Shown: positions 9,898 through 18,103 of the stretch, piece by piece
How the letters are laid out: every line of letters begins with the position of its first letter
Position numbering within the stretch: position 1 is the first letter of the stretch
Assembly (NCBI GenBank): GCA_043779265.1
Contig: JAYWEM010000061.1
Span: 1 to 25,504 of the forward strand
DNA from: a bacterium
GTDB taxonomy: Bacteria > Eisenbacteria > RBG-16-71-46
Length of the DNA: 25,504 nucleotides
Reading direction: 5' to 3'
Program-made: the position numbers and the translations under genes
Notes under the pieces: generated by a model
What the model was told of the DNA's origin: nothing
Seen by the model: only the letters and a program-made list of their open reading frames with translations
The model's database searches: none

Positions 9898-10064
9898 GGC
9901 GTCCGTGGGCTCCTCGGGCGACGCGCGTGCGCGCGCCGGACAGGGTTCCCGACCAGGAGTACGGAAGACCCCGGGTCGCCGGGACCGGCGCGCTGGTGGG
10001 CTCGGCCAGCGCAGATCCGTCGGTCCCGCAGTCTAGCATCGGTCGGTTGCTGCTGTGGATTCAT
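9894..10064 (-). CDS. Putative 56-aa Arg/Pro-rich small ORF between tilS and hpt
   Basis: MNPQQQPTDARLRDRR...RPRSPRTP. Its ATG overlaps the tilS TGA (ATGA) and its TGA overlaps the hpt ATG (ATGA). No homology recognised. Confidence 0.4.
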   Translation of the reverse strand: MNPQQQPTDARLRDRRICAGRAHQRAGPGDPGSSVLLVGNPVRRAHARRPRSPRTP

Positions 10065-11107
10065 CGGAGAGAAGGCTCCTCCCGGCGCGCGCTTGGACGC
10101 GCCGAGCGCGGCCCGCCGCCCTGATGCAACTCCAGACGGCCCGAGGCGACCTCCGCCCACCAGCCTGCGGGCAGCGCGGCTCGCGCGCCTCCTCGGCCTG
10201 ATGTGGCGATCTGCTCGAGCGTGTCGAGGTGCCGGGAGGTCAGCGACGGGTGCTGTCGGCCGATGGCCCGGTGCCACCATCGCCTGAGGACTCGGCGGGA
10301 GAGCAGCGAGGGCGCCTGCCGCCATTCGCGCAATCGCAGGGCGTCGCCCTCGAGGGCGCGAGCCAGGCATTCGTCGGCCAGGCGGTCGATCCAGAGGTCC
10401 GCCTCGGCCAGTTCGGCGAGCGCGGCGGCGGTGCGTTGGGCCAGCCTCGCCCGAGCGCGATCGGCCGGGCGCCCGGGCGCCACAGCCGCCACGAGGCTCG
10501 GAATCGCCTGATGTCGGACGCGACTCCGCGTGTGTGAAAGATCCTGATTGCCTGCATCCTCGCGCCATGGGACGCCCGCGCGCCTCAGGTCCTGTTCGAT
10601 GGCGAGCCGAGAGAGGGCGAGGAGGGGCTTGATCCAGCGCCCGCGCCGGGCCCGCATCCCCGAGAGGCCCGTCAGTCCGGCGCCGCGCTCGAGCCGCATC
10701 AAGAGCGTCTCCAGTTGGTCGTCGGCGGTGTGCGCGGTCGAGATGGCAGCGGCCGAGGCGCGGGCTGCCGCACGCGAGAGGAAGCGCAGCCGCTTCGCTC
10801 TCAGTGCGGTCTCGCTCGCTTCTCCGCCTGACCTCAGCTTCGCCGAGATGCAGCGCAGCCGGAGGCGACTCGCCAGGGCGCGGACCGCTACAGCATCGGC
10901 TGCCGACGCCTCGCCCCGCACTGCATGGTCCAGGTGCGCCACGACGATGCGCAGGCCGAGCGAGGGGGCGAGCCGGGCGAGGGCGATGAGCATGGCGGTG
11001 GAATCCGCCCCGCCGCTCACCGCCGCGAGCACGGTCGAGCCCGTGGGCAGGGCGCACGGGCCGCGCAGGGCGCGGCGCAGCGCGGACTCGGTCGCGGACA
11101 GGCGCAT
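10061..11107 (-). CDS. tilS: tRNA(Ile)-lysidine synthetase, short form
   Basis: PP-loop AVSGGADS, HLDHAVR, AHTADDQLET, KPLL and DAGNQDLSHTRSRVRH. The start is placed at ATG 11107 because the longer ORF runs into the tRNA. Confidence 0.9.
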   Translation of the reverse strand: MRLSATESALRRALRGPCALPTGSTVLAAVSGGADSTAMLIALARLAPSLGLRIVVAHLDHAVRGEASAADAVAVRALASRLRLRCISAKLRSGGEASETALRAKRLRFLSRAAARASAAAISTAHTADDQLETLLMRLERGAGLTGLSGMRARRGRWIKPLLALSRLAIEQDLRRAGVPWREDAGNQDLSHTRSRVRHQAIPSLVAAVAPGRPADRARARLAQRTAAALAELAEADLWIDRLADECLARALEGDALRLREWRQAPSLLSRRVLRRWWHRAIGRQHPSLTSRHLDTLEQIATSGRGGARAALPAGWWAEVASGRLELHQGGGPRSARPSARREEPSLR

Positions 11108-11130
11108 GCTCGAGGACCGGGAAAAGGGGG

Positions 11131-11206
11131 TGGTGGCGGCGGCTGGAATCGAACCAGCGACACGCGGCTTATGAGTCCGCTGCTCTACCAACTGAGCTAC
11201 GCCGCC
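11131..11206 (-). tRNA. tRNA with CAT anticodon (non-initiator; elongator Met favoured over Ile2), CCA encoded
   Basis: GGCGGCGTAGCTCAGTTGGTAGAGCAGCGGACTCATAAGCCGCGTGTCGCTGGTTCGATTCCAGCCGCCGCCACCA forms a 76-nt cloverleaf with G1:C72 paired and a GTTCGATTC T-arm. Confidence 0.95.
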
Positions 11207-11251
11207 ACGCGGAGCGCGGCGCGGATGACCGCGCGGCGCAGGAAGCGAGGC

Positions 11252-11280
11252 AGACTAGGGAGCCCCCATGAGGCTGTCAA
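11252..11280 (-). promoter_or_regulatory. Sigma70-type promoter for the tRNA-tilS-hpt-ftsH unit
   Basis: The minus strand has TTGACA (11280-11275), a 17-nt spacer and TAGTCT (11257-11252), about 45 nt upstream of the tRNA. Confidence 0.7.
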
Positions 11281-12734
11281 CCGCGGGCTTCCGGTTGATG
11301 GGCCTCGATCCAGCGCCAGACCGCCCGCATCGCCAGCACGTCATCGGCGTTGTACTCGGCGATCGCGGCCAGTCGGCTGTCGCGCTCGGCTCCCGATTCG
11401 GCGCGCCTTGCGTGGTGGAACTGGGCGATCGACCACTCACTGCCCGACTCGGGATTGCGCCAGTGGAACCCCATCCACGGGGCGACGAACTTGATCGAGT
11501 AGCTCCGCAGCGGCAGCCGCAGGCAGCGCTCGATGACGTGATGCAGGTCGAAGAAGTGCCGATCGGACGAGAGCACCAGCGTCAGGCGAGGCGATGCCCC
11601 GTGCCGCTCGAGGTAGAAGTCGACCCATTGACGCTCGTAACCATGCCAGTGGACGAACAGCAGGTCGTGTCCCGAGTCGAGCAGCGACTCGACCCGGCCG
11701 AGGAACCGTTCCCATCCCGCCTGGTCCCCGCCCGAGGTGAGGTCGGCGAAGTGGGCCTCGGGCTCCGCGCCGGCGTCGGTCTCGACGGCCATGCCCCACA
11801 GGTAGATGGGCAACTCATCATCGGTGCCGCCCGCATCGCCCTCGAGATCGAACCACACCAGCGTGCGGCCGGTCGGCAGCTGCGGCGGCTTCAGCCACAC
11901 GGCGCTTTTCGCGTGGTGCGCCTGTGCCTCGGCGATGATGCGCTTGGCACGCGGCTGCAACGACTTGTGGACGAGTGCCGAGGCCTCCAGTTGAGCCAGG
12001 TCGGCCACTCGTTGCAGGCCCATCTCATGCAGCGCCGCTGCGGCGGCGCGGTCCACCTCGGAGAGGGTCTCGATGCGGCCCTCCGCCTCGGCCATCGCCC
12101 AGCAGTGCTCGTAGAACGGGCAGTCCCGGCACACCGAGTGGGCCAGCAGCAGCGAGGGCTCGGACGTCGACGCGAGCACGCCCTCGGCCCGCTCGATCGC
12201 CCGCTGATAGCGCTCCTCGGACCAGCGCTCGACCGCGACGAGCACGCCGAGGCCGTTGGTGGCCTCGGTGCGCGTGACTGCCTGGCCGGTGATCGCCTCG
12301 ACGATCGAGGCGTGATGCGTGAGCTGCAGCTGGACTTCGGGCCGGCGCTCGGGGCGATGCGAGAGCTTGGCCTCGTGCACCACCCAGCCCTCGCCGTCTC
12401 GGACCACGAAATCCGCGACGCCGGAGCGGCGGTCATCGGGTGAGACGAGTGCTCCCTGCCACACGTTCCGGCCCGCGACCAGGCGATCTCGCGTCAACGC
12501 CGCGGCATCGGCGAACGGCATGCCGTGCTGGTAGAGCGGGCCCTCGAGATCCTCGAACGACTCGGCGACGCGGTGCTCGAGCGTGCGACCGCGCTCGCGC
12601 ATGACGCTGTCGTGCTCGTCCTCGGCGGCGGCGCTCTCGCGCTGATGATGCGACAGCCACAGTCGCCGCTCGCATTGGAGCAGACGGTGCAGGACGCTCG
12701 TGCTGATTCGAGGGGACGCGGCTCCAGGAGTCAT
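11277..12734 (-). CDS. TM0106-family RecB-like nuclease (PD-(D/E)XK N-terminus, RNase H-like C-terminus)
   Basis: LLQCERRLW, GVADFVVR...VHEAKLS, CRDCPFYEHC, WFDLEGD, FFDLHHVIERCLRLPLRSYSIKFVAPWMGFHWR and YNADDVLAM; GGAG SD. Confidence 0.8.
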   Translation of the reverse strand: MTPGAASPRISTSVLHRLLQCERRLWLSHHQRESAAAEDEHDSVMRERGRTLEHRVAESFEDLEGPLYQHGMPFADAAALTRDRLVAGRNVWQGALVSPDDRRSGVADFVVRDGEGWVVHEAKLSHRPERRPEVQLQLTHHASIVEAITGQAVTRTEATNGLGVLVAVERWSEERYQRAIERAEGVLASTSEPSLLLAHSVCRDCPFYEHCWAMAEAEGRIETLSEVDRAAAAALHEMGLQRVADLAQLEASALVHKSLQPRAKRIIAEAQAHHAKSAVWLKPPQLPTGRTLVWFDLEGDAGGTDDELPIYLWGMAVETDAGAEPEAHFADLTSGGDQAGWERFLGRVESLLDSGHDLLFVHWHGYERQWVDFYLERHGASPRLTLVLSSDRHFFDLHHVIERCLRLPLRSYSIKFVAPWMGFHWRNPESGSEWSIAQFHHARRAESGAERDSRLAAIAEYNADDVLAMRAVWRWIEAHQPEARG

Positions 12735-12756
12735 GGCTCGCGGTCCCTTCGGCCGC

Positions 12757-13575
12757 TCAGCCGATCACGTGTTCGGCGGGTGCCGCAGGGTCGGTGTGCG
12801 GCTCGGATTCAGGTTCGTCCTGGGGCCGGATGCGGAAGATGCGCGAGAGCTCGGAGCGCAGCGCGCCCTCATCGAGGCGCTGCTGCAGGACGCCGCGATA
12901 GGCGACCGAGATGGCGCCCGTCTGCTCGCTGACGACGATGATCGCCGCATCGGTCTCCTCGGACAGCCCGATGGCGGCGCGGTGGCGTGTGCCGAGCGCG
13001 ATCGCCGTGCGCGGGTTGGCCGAGAGCGGCAGGATGCAGGAGGCGGCGACGATGTGGTCCTCGCGCAGGATCACGGCGCCGTCATGCAGCGGCGAGCCCG
13101 GCGAGAACAGCGTGACCAGCAGCTCGGCCGAGACCTTGGCATCGAGCCGCGTGCCCGTCTCGACGAAGTTGCGCAATCCGACGTTGCGCTCGAGCACGAG
13201 CAGCGCGCCGTGGCGGCGCTGCGCCAGCGCCTCGACCGCGCGCACGATCTCGCCCAGCACGCCGTAGTTCTCGCCGCGCAGGAACGAGCGGAAGTAGCGC
13301 GTGCGTCCGATCTGCGCCAGGGCGTGTCGCAGTTCGGGCTGGAACAGGATCACGAACACGATCAGCCACACCGTCTTCAGACTGTCCATGATCCAGCGCA
13401 CGGCGAGCAGGTCGAAGTAGTCCGCGACCACCCCGACGACCATGATCACGAGCAGCCCGACGAACATCTGCGCCGAGCGCGTGCCCTTCACCAGGATCAG
13501 GAGCCGGTAGAAGAGGGCCGCGACGAGCGCGATATCGAGCAGGTCGAGAAGCCAGATGGAATGGACGGGCTGCAT
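12757..13575 (-). CDS. cdaA: Diadenylate cyclase CdaA/DacA
   Basis: Three N-terminal TM helices, FQPELR, and catalytic motifs SPLHDGAVI and GTRHRAAIGLSEETDA. The start is taken at MQPVHSIW (13575). Confidence 0.93.
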   Translation of the reverse strand: MQPVHSIWLLDLLDIALVAALFYRLLILVKGTRSAQMFVGLLVIMVVGVVADYFDLLAVRWIMDSLKTVWLIVFVILFQPELRHALAQIGRTRYFRSFLRGENYGVLGEIVRAVEALAQRRHGALLVLERNVGLRNFVETGTRLDAKVSAELLVTLFSPGSPLHDGAVILREDHIVAASCILPLSANPRTAIALGTRHRAAIGLSEETDAAIIVVSEQTGAISVAYRGVLQQRLDEGALRSELSRIFRIRPQDEPESEPHTDPAAPAEHVIG

Positions 13576-13621
13576 GAGAGGAAAGTAGCAGACCGCGCAC
13601 GGCCGGCGATACGGCGAGCGA

Positions 13622-14464
13622 TCAGACTCCCGAGTCGCGCACCGCGTCGGCGACGCGGATCGCCCGCACCGAGGCGCGCACGTCGTGCACGCGCACCACC
13701 CTCGCCCCGAGTGCCGAGGCGATCGCCGCTGCGGCCAGGCTCGCCTCGAGCCGGTCGTGCACCGGGGCATCGTCCGTCAGCGCGGCGAGGAATCGCTTGC
13801 GTGAGGCGCCGATCAGCACCGGCCTGCCGATCGCGGCGATCTCCGCGAGGCGCGCAATCAGCGCCAGACTGCCCGCAGCGGACTTGCCGAATCCGATCCC
13901 TGGGTCCAGCGCGACCGACTCCTCGGCGACTCCCGCCTCGATCGCGAGCACGAGCCGTGCGGCGAGGAACGCCGCGACCTCCAGGACCACATCGTCATAG
14001 ACGGTATCGTCCTGCATCGTGGCGGGAGAGCCCCGCAGGTGCATGAGCACCAGCCCGGCACCGGCATCCGCGACCACCCGTCCCATGTCGGCGTCCGACA
14101 GTGCGCTCACATCGTTGATGATGCTGGCGCCCGCCTCGAGCGATCGACGGGCGACCTCCGCGCTTCGCGTGTCGATCGAGACGATCGCCTCGGGCCGCTG
14201 CCGGGCGAGTCCTGCCAGCACGGGTTCGAGTCTCCGCCACTGCTCCGCGGCCTCGACGGGCAGAGAGCCCGGGCGCGTGCTCTCGCCGCCGATGTCGAGC
14301 AGGTCGGCGCCCTCGTCGAGCAACTCCAGACAGCGCGAGATGGCGGCGCTCGGCTCGGCGTAGCGGTCGCCGTCCGAGAACGAGTCGGGCGTCACGTTGA
14401 CGATGCCCATCACGAGCGTTCGGCGCGTCAGATCGAGTCGATGCTGCCGACAGCGCCAGATCAC
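13622..14464 (-). CDS. folP: Dihydropteroate synthase
   Basis: MGIVNVTPDSFSDG, DIGGESTRPG, SIDT, INDVS, DPGIGFGK, GASRKRF and RVHDV. The GTG start overlaps the upstream TGA. Confidence 0.95.
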   Translation of the reverse strand: MIWRCRQHRLDLTRRTLVMGIVNVTPDSFSDGDRYAEPSAAISRCLELLDEGADLLDIGGESTRPGSLPVEAAEQWRRLEPVLAGLARQRPEAIVSIDTRSAEVARRSLEAGASIINDVSALSDADMGRVVADAGAGLVLMHLRGSPATMQDDTVYDDVVLEVAAFLAARLVLAIEAGVAEESVALDPGIGFGKSAAGSLALIARLAEIAAIGRPVLIGASRKRFLAALTDDAPVHDRLEASLAAAAIASALGARVVRVHDVRASVRAIRVADAVRDSGV

Positions 14465-14937
14465 GGCTTGGATGCCTCGCGAAGCCGGCGGATCTGCGCC
14501 GCATGCTCGTGGGCGTGCTCGGCATAGATCTCGAGCCAGCGCTCGGCGTGATAGGAGCCCGCCTCGTCGTGCCAGCCGTGGCTCCGCCAGTCGGCATCCG
14601 ACATGGACTCGAGCAGCTGCCCCGTCGTCTCCCTCGCGGCGCGGAACGCGGCCAGCGCCGGACCCAGCGGGCGCTCGTTGTAGCGCAGGCGCTTCGCCCA
14701 GACCTCCTGATCGTAGCCCTGGATCACGGGGTGCGGCTCCATCAGCAAGCGCCGCAATCGGATGGCGCTCTGGGTCTCGGAGTCCGCCAGGTGATGCACG
14801 ATCTCGGCGGCCGACCACTTGCCCGGGATCGGGTGGGCCCGCAACTGCGACTCGCTGAGCCCCTCGAGCGCCCGGTCGACCTCGGCGGCGCCATCCAGAT
14901 AGCGGGCGATCAGCGCCCGGCGCTCCTCGACGGTCAT
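14461..14937 (-). CDS. DinB/YfiT-like putative metal-dependent (thiol transferase-like) protein
   Basis: GKWSAAEIVHHLADSE, IQGYDQEVWA and HAHEH metal-ligand motifs; strong SD GAGGAGG before ATG 14937. Confidence 0.85.
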   Translation of the reverse strand: MTVEERRALIARYLDGAAEVDRALEGLSESQLRAHPIPGKWSAAEIVHHLADSETQSAIRLRRLLMEPHPVIQGYDQEVWAKRLRYNERPLGPALAAFRAARETTGQLLESMSDADWRSHGWHDEAGSYHAERWLEIYAEHAHEHAAQIRRLREASKP

Positions 14938-15167
14938 CGGGATTTCCTCCTCGGGATGGTGAGGCCGGGCGCCGGGCGCCGCAGGGCGCCCAAACCCGTC
15001 CGCCACCGTGCGTTGACCCGCTCTCGGCTGGATGCTACCACTCTGCGCCTTGTCCGCCCGCCATGGGGCCGCCTCCCGGGCGCTGCCCCCCCTCTCGACG
15101 AGGGCACGGGCGGCTCGCCTCTTCCATGGTGCCCATACCCGAACCGGGTTCTGGAGGTCCGTTCCGC

Positions 15168-16628
15168 ATGTCGTGGCTCCGTCAGTCGCTGTTCGTCGCC
15201 GGTTCCCTGCTCGCTCTCACGGTGCCCGCGCATGCGCAGCTCGCAGGCCAGCCGATGGACTTCTGGATCTCGGGTGGCATCCAGAGCTTCGATGCCCGTG
15301 ACTTCATCCAGGATGCGCCCGGTTTCGAGACCGGAGTCGGCTATCGCTGGTCGCCCCGCATGACGCTGCAGGGCTTGTTCCTCGCAGCGCCCACCAAGCG
15401 TGACCTCGCCGGCGAGCCCGACCACATCTTCTCGTGGGCCGGCGCCGATCTGCGCTGGACGTTCCGCGAGCCCTCCGATCGCGTCGTGCCCTACCTGCTG
15501 ACGGGTTTCGGATTCGGCCGTTCGATCGGCGACTTGACCGGCCTCAACGAGCGCGGCGCCCCGAGTCTGGGTGTCGGCGTCCAGTACAACCTGCTCGGCA
15601 ACCAGCGCACGTACCTCAAGTTCCAGGCGCGTGACGTGATGATGCGCGAGTCGGGAGCATCCTCGATGAGTCACCACGTGAGCGCGACGCTCGGCCTCTC
15701 GTATGCATTCGGCGGCAAGTCCAAGGACCGTGATCTCGACGGCGTGCGTGATTGGGCCGACCAGTGCGCGGACACGCCGGTCGGCGCCAAGGTGGATGCC
15801 AAGGGCTGTCCGATCGACTCCGACGGCGACAAGGTGTTCGATGGCCTCGACAAATGCGAGGGGACGCCGCGCGGCTGCGAGGTGGACCCGAAGACGGGAT
15901 GCATCATCGACACCGATGGCGACGGCATCTGCGACGGCCTCGACAACTGCGCCGATACGCCCAAGGGAGCCAAGGTCGACGCGCGCGGCTGCCCGATCGA
16001 CTCCGACGGCGACAAGGTGTTCGATGGCCTCGACGCCTGTGAGAACACGCCGAAGGGCGCCGAGGTGGACGACAAGGGTTGCCCGAAGGACACCGACGGC
16101 GACGGTTCGCCCGATGGCCTCGACCAGTGCCCCAACACGCCGGCGGGCCTCAAGGTCGATCCGAACGGCTGCCCGATCGAAGTCAGCGAGCGCGAGACGC
16201 AGCTGCTCGACATGGGGCTGATCCGCCTGCAGGACGTCAACTTCGATGTCGGCAAGGCGGTCATCCTGCCCGAGAGCTTCAAGGTGCTCGATGACGTCGC
16301 CCTGATCCTGCTCCAATACCCGGCACTCAAGATCGAGATCGGTGGCCACACGGACAACTCGGGCGGCGCGGACAAGAACCAGAAGCTGTCCGAGATGCGG
16401 GCCAAGTCGGTGCTCGGCTACCTCGGGCAGAAGTTCCCGACGCTCGACACCAGCACGTTCACGGTGGTGGGCTACGGGCAGAGCCAGCCGGTCGCCTCCA
16501 ACGCCACGGCGCTCGGCAAGGCCAAGAACCGCCGCGTCGACTTCAAGGTGTTGAACGCCGACGTGCTCAAGGTCGAGCGCGAGAAGCGTCGGTTCCTCAA
16601 GAAGGGCGAGGCGACGCCGGGCAACTGA
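15168..16628 (+). CDS. OmpA-family outer membrane protein: signal peptide, beta-barrel, five TSP3-like Ca-binding repeats, peptidoglycan-binding domain
   Basis: GGAGG SD before ATG 15168, signal peptide ending AHA, DxDxDG..DxxDxC repeats, and OmpA_C motifs IGGHTDN, NQKLSEMRA, GYGQSQP and NRRVDF. Confidence 0.92.
   Translation: MSWLRQSLFVAGSLLALTVPAHAQLAGQPMDFWISGGIQSFDARDFIQDAPGFETGVGYRWSPRMTLQGLFLAAPTKRDLAGEPDHIFSWAGADLRWTFREPSDRVVPYLLTGFGFGRSIGDLTGLNERGAPSLGVGVQYNLLGNQRTYLKFQARDVMMRESGASSMSHHVSATLGLSYAFGGKSKDRDLDGVRDWADQCADTPVGAKVDAKGCPIDSDGDKVFDGLDKCEGTPRGCEVDPKTGCIIDTDGDGICDGLDNCADTPKGAKVDARGCPIDSDGDKVFDGLDACENTPKGAEVDDKGCPKDTDGDGSPDGLDQCPNTPAGLKVDPNGCPIEVSERETQLLDMGLIRLQDVNFDVGKAVILPESFKVLDDVALILLQYPALKIEIGGHTDNSGGADKNQKLSEMRAKSVLGYLGQKFPTLDTSTFTVVGYGQSQPVASNATALGKAKNRRVDFKVLNADVLKVEREKRRFLKKGEATPGN
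15726..16175 (+). repeat. Five tandem ~30-aa TSP3-like repeats, including an exact 42-bp duplication
   Basis: Units follow DxDGDxxxDGLDxCxxTPxGxxVDxxGC. CCGATCGACTCCGACGGCGACAAGGTGTTCGATGGCCTCGAC occurs at 15810-15851 and 15993-16034. Confidence 0.9.
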
Positions 16629-16657
16629 CGTACGACTGGCTCGGAGTCGGTTGAAAT

Positions 16658-16692
16658 TGAGCCCCGGGGCGCGACTTGCGCTCCGGGGCTCA
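16658..16692 (+). terminator. Strong GC hairpin after ompA, probable terminator
   Basis: TGAGCCCCGGGGCGC-GACTT-GCGCTCCGGGGCTCA, 30 nt after the stop; no clear U-tract on the plus strand. Confidence 0.55.
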
Positions 16693-16771
16693 TGGCGTGA
16701 AGGCGGTTCCGGGCGTGCGATCGAGAGTGCTTCGCTGTGAGCTTCAGTCACTTCCGGCCAGATTCCGAGGC

Positions 16772-16858
16772 AGCCTTACAACCGGGCGAGGTCCAGATTT
16801 TCGATTGGACGACCATCAGACTTGCAATCAGACGATAGCTAGACTTTCATCTGGACGA
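16772..16858 (+). repeat. Four imperfect 18-bp direct repeats at exact 23-bp period, probable operator array
   Basis: AGCCTTACAACCGGGCGA (16772), AGATTTTCGATTGGACGA (16795), AGACTTGCAATCAGACGA (16818) and AGACTTTCATCTGGACGA (16841). Confidence 0.75.
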
Positions 16859-16859
16859 C

Positions 16860-18103
16860 ATGAAACCTCCCTGATCCATCCACGCGGTGCGGAAGCCAGG
16901 GTACTGACCGCGCTCACCGACAGCCCGGTGGTGCTGATCCATGGTCCTCGGCATTGTGGCAAGACGACTCTCGCGCAAGCGATCGGCGGCGAGCAGGGAC
17001 GTTCCTACCTGTCCTTCGACGATGCAAGCACGCGCGCCGCGGCGACGACCGATCCGACTGGATTCATCGAGCGCCTTCCGAGCAAGGTCACCCTCGATGA
17101 GGTCCAACGCGTCCCTGAATTGTTCACCTCGATCAAGCTCGTCGTGGATCGCGACAGAGCTCCCGGACGGTTCCTGCTGACGGGTTCCGCGAACGTGCTG
17201 ACGCTGCCGCGGCTGTCCGACTCTCTTGCTGGACGCATGTCCATCCAGCGACTGCACCCACTCTCACAAGCCGAACTGAACGGCGTCGAGCCGCGGTTCA
17301 TCGACCATCTGCTCGAAGGCCGGTTCGCTCTGGATGAGAGACCCCGGCTGGGTCGAGAGCTGGCCGAGCGCGTCGTACGCGGTGGCTACCCTGCCGCGCT
17401 GATCCGGCACGACCCCGCGCGAGCACGCGAGTGGTACCTGGACTACGTCGAGACCATCATCCAGCGCGACGTGCGCGAACGGGCTCGGATCACATCGCGG
17501 GCGACTCTGCCGCGCCTCTTGCAACTCGCTGCCAGTCAGACCGCCCGATTGCTCAACGTGAGTGCGCTGGCGAGTTCCTTCCAACTGAGCAGACCGACGA
17601 TCCAGAACCATCTCGTACTGCTCGAACGCATCTTCCAACTCGACCGATTGGAGCCTTGGCACCGCAGTCGACTCCAACGGCTCGTTCACACGCCGAAGCT
17701 GCACATCGGCGATACCGGGATCGCAACCGCACTCCTCGGCCTCGACGCGAACTTGCTCGAGTCCGATCGTGACTCGCTGGGGCATCTCCTCGAGAGCTTC
17801 GTCTACCGGGAACTCATCCGGCAGGCGAGCGGGCGGCCCGACCGCATCCGCTTCTACCACTATCGAGAGAAGGACGACTACGAGGTCGACATCGTGCTCG
17901 AGAGTGGTGATCGAGTCGCCGGCCTCGAAGTGAAGGCGGGGGCCTCCGTCCGAAGCGAGGACTTCCGTGGGCTGCGCCGCCTGGCGACGCACTGCGAGGG
18001 GCGGCTCACCGCAGGAGTCGTGCTCTACGACGGAGAGCGCGTGTTGGGATTCGGCGACCGGCTGTTCGCCGTGCCGCTCCGCAGCATCTGGGAGACGAAG
18101 TGA
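16860..18103 (+). CDS. AAA_14 + DUF4143 ATP-binding protein with HTH and C-terminal PD-(D/E)XK-like motif; start uncertain, possible 5' frameshift
   Basis: SPVVLIHGPRHCGKTTLA, TLDEVQRVP, FLLTGSA, SLAGR, GGYP, HTH-like LNVSALASSFQLSRPTIQNHL, TPKLHIGDTG, EVDIVLE and EVKAG. The nearest ATG (16860) is out of frame by one base (ATG AAA CCT CCC TGA). Confidence 0.85.

Noticed and set aside
11108..11191. N-terminal extension of tilS in the ORF track
   Set aside because: It runs through the tRNA gene. ATG 11107 gives a normal TilS N-terminus.
11131..11206. tRNA as an integration site for a genomic island
   Set aside because: I found no duplicated tRNA 3' end and no integrase, and housekeeping genes follow directly.
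15013..15041. Sigma70 promoter for ompA (TTGACC-17-TACCAC)
   Set aside because: The -10 lacks the conserved final T. It is plausible but too weak to call.
14934..16751. 605-aa minus-strand ORF and other long antisense ORFs (5306..6727, 8078..9379, 12700..14046, 20000..21172)
   Set aside because: These are shadows of well-supported genes on the opposite strand, as expected at high GC, and have no recognisable motifs.
16772..16858. CRISPR array
   Set aside because: The units are degenerate 18-mers with 5-bp spacers, far too short for CRISPR, and there are no cas genes. The TM0106 protein is only Cas4-like in fold.
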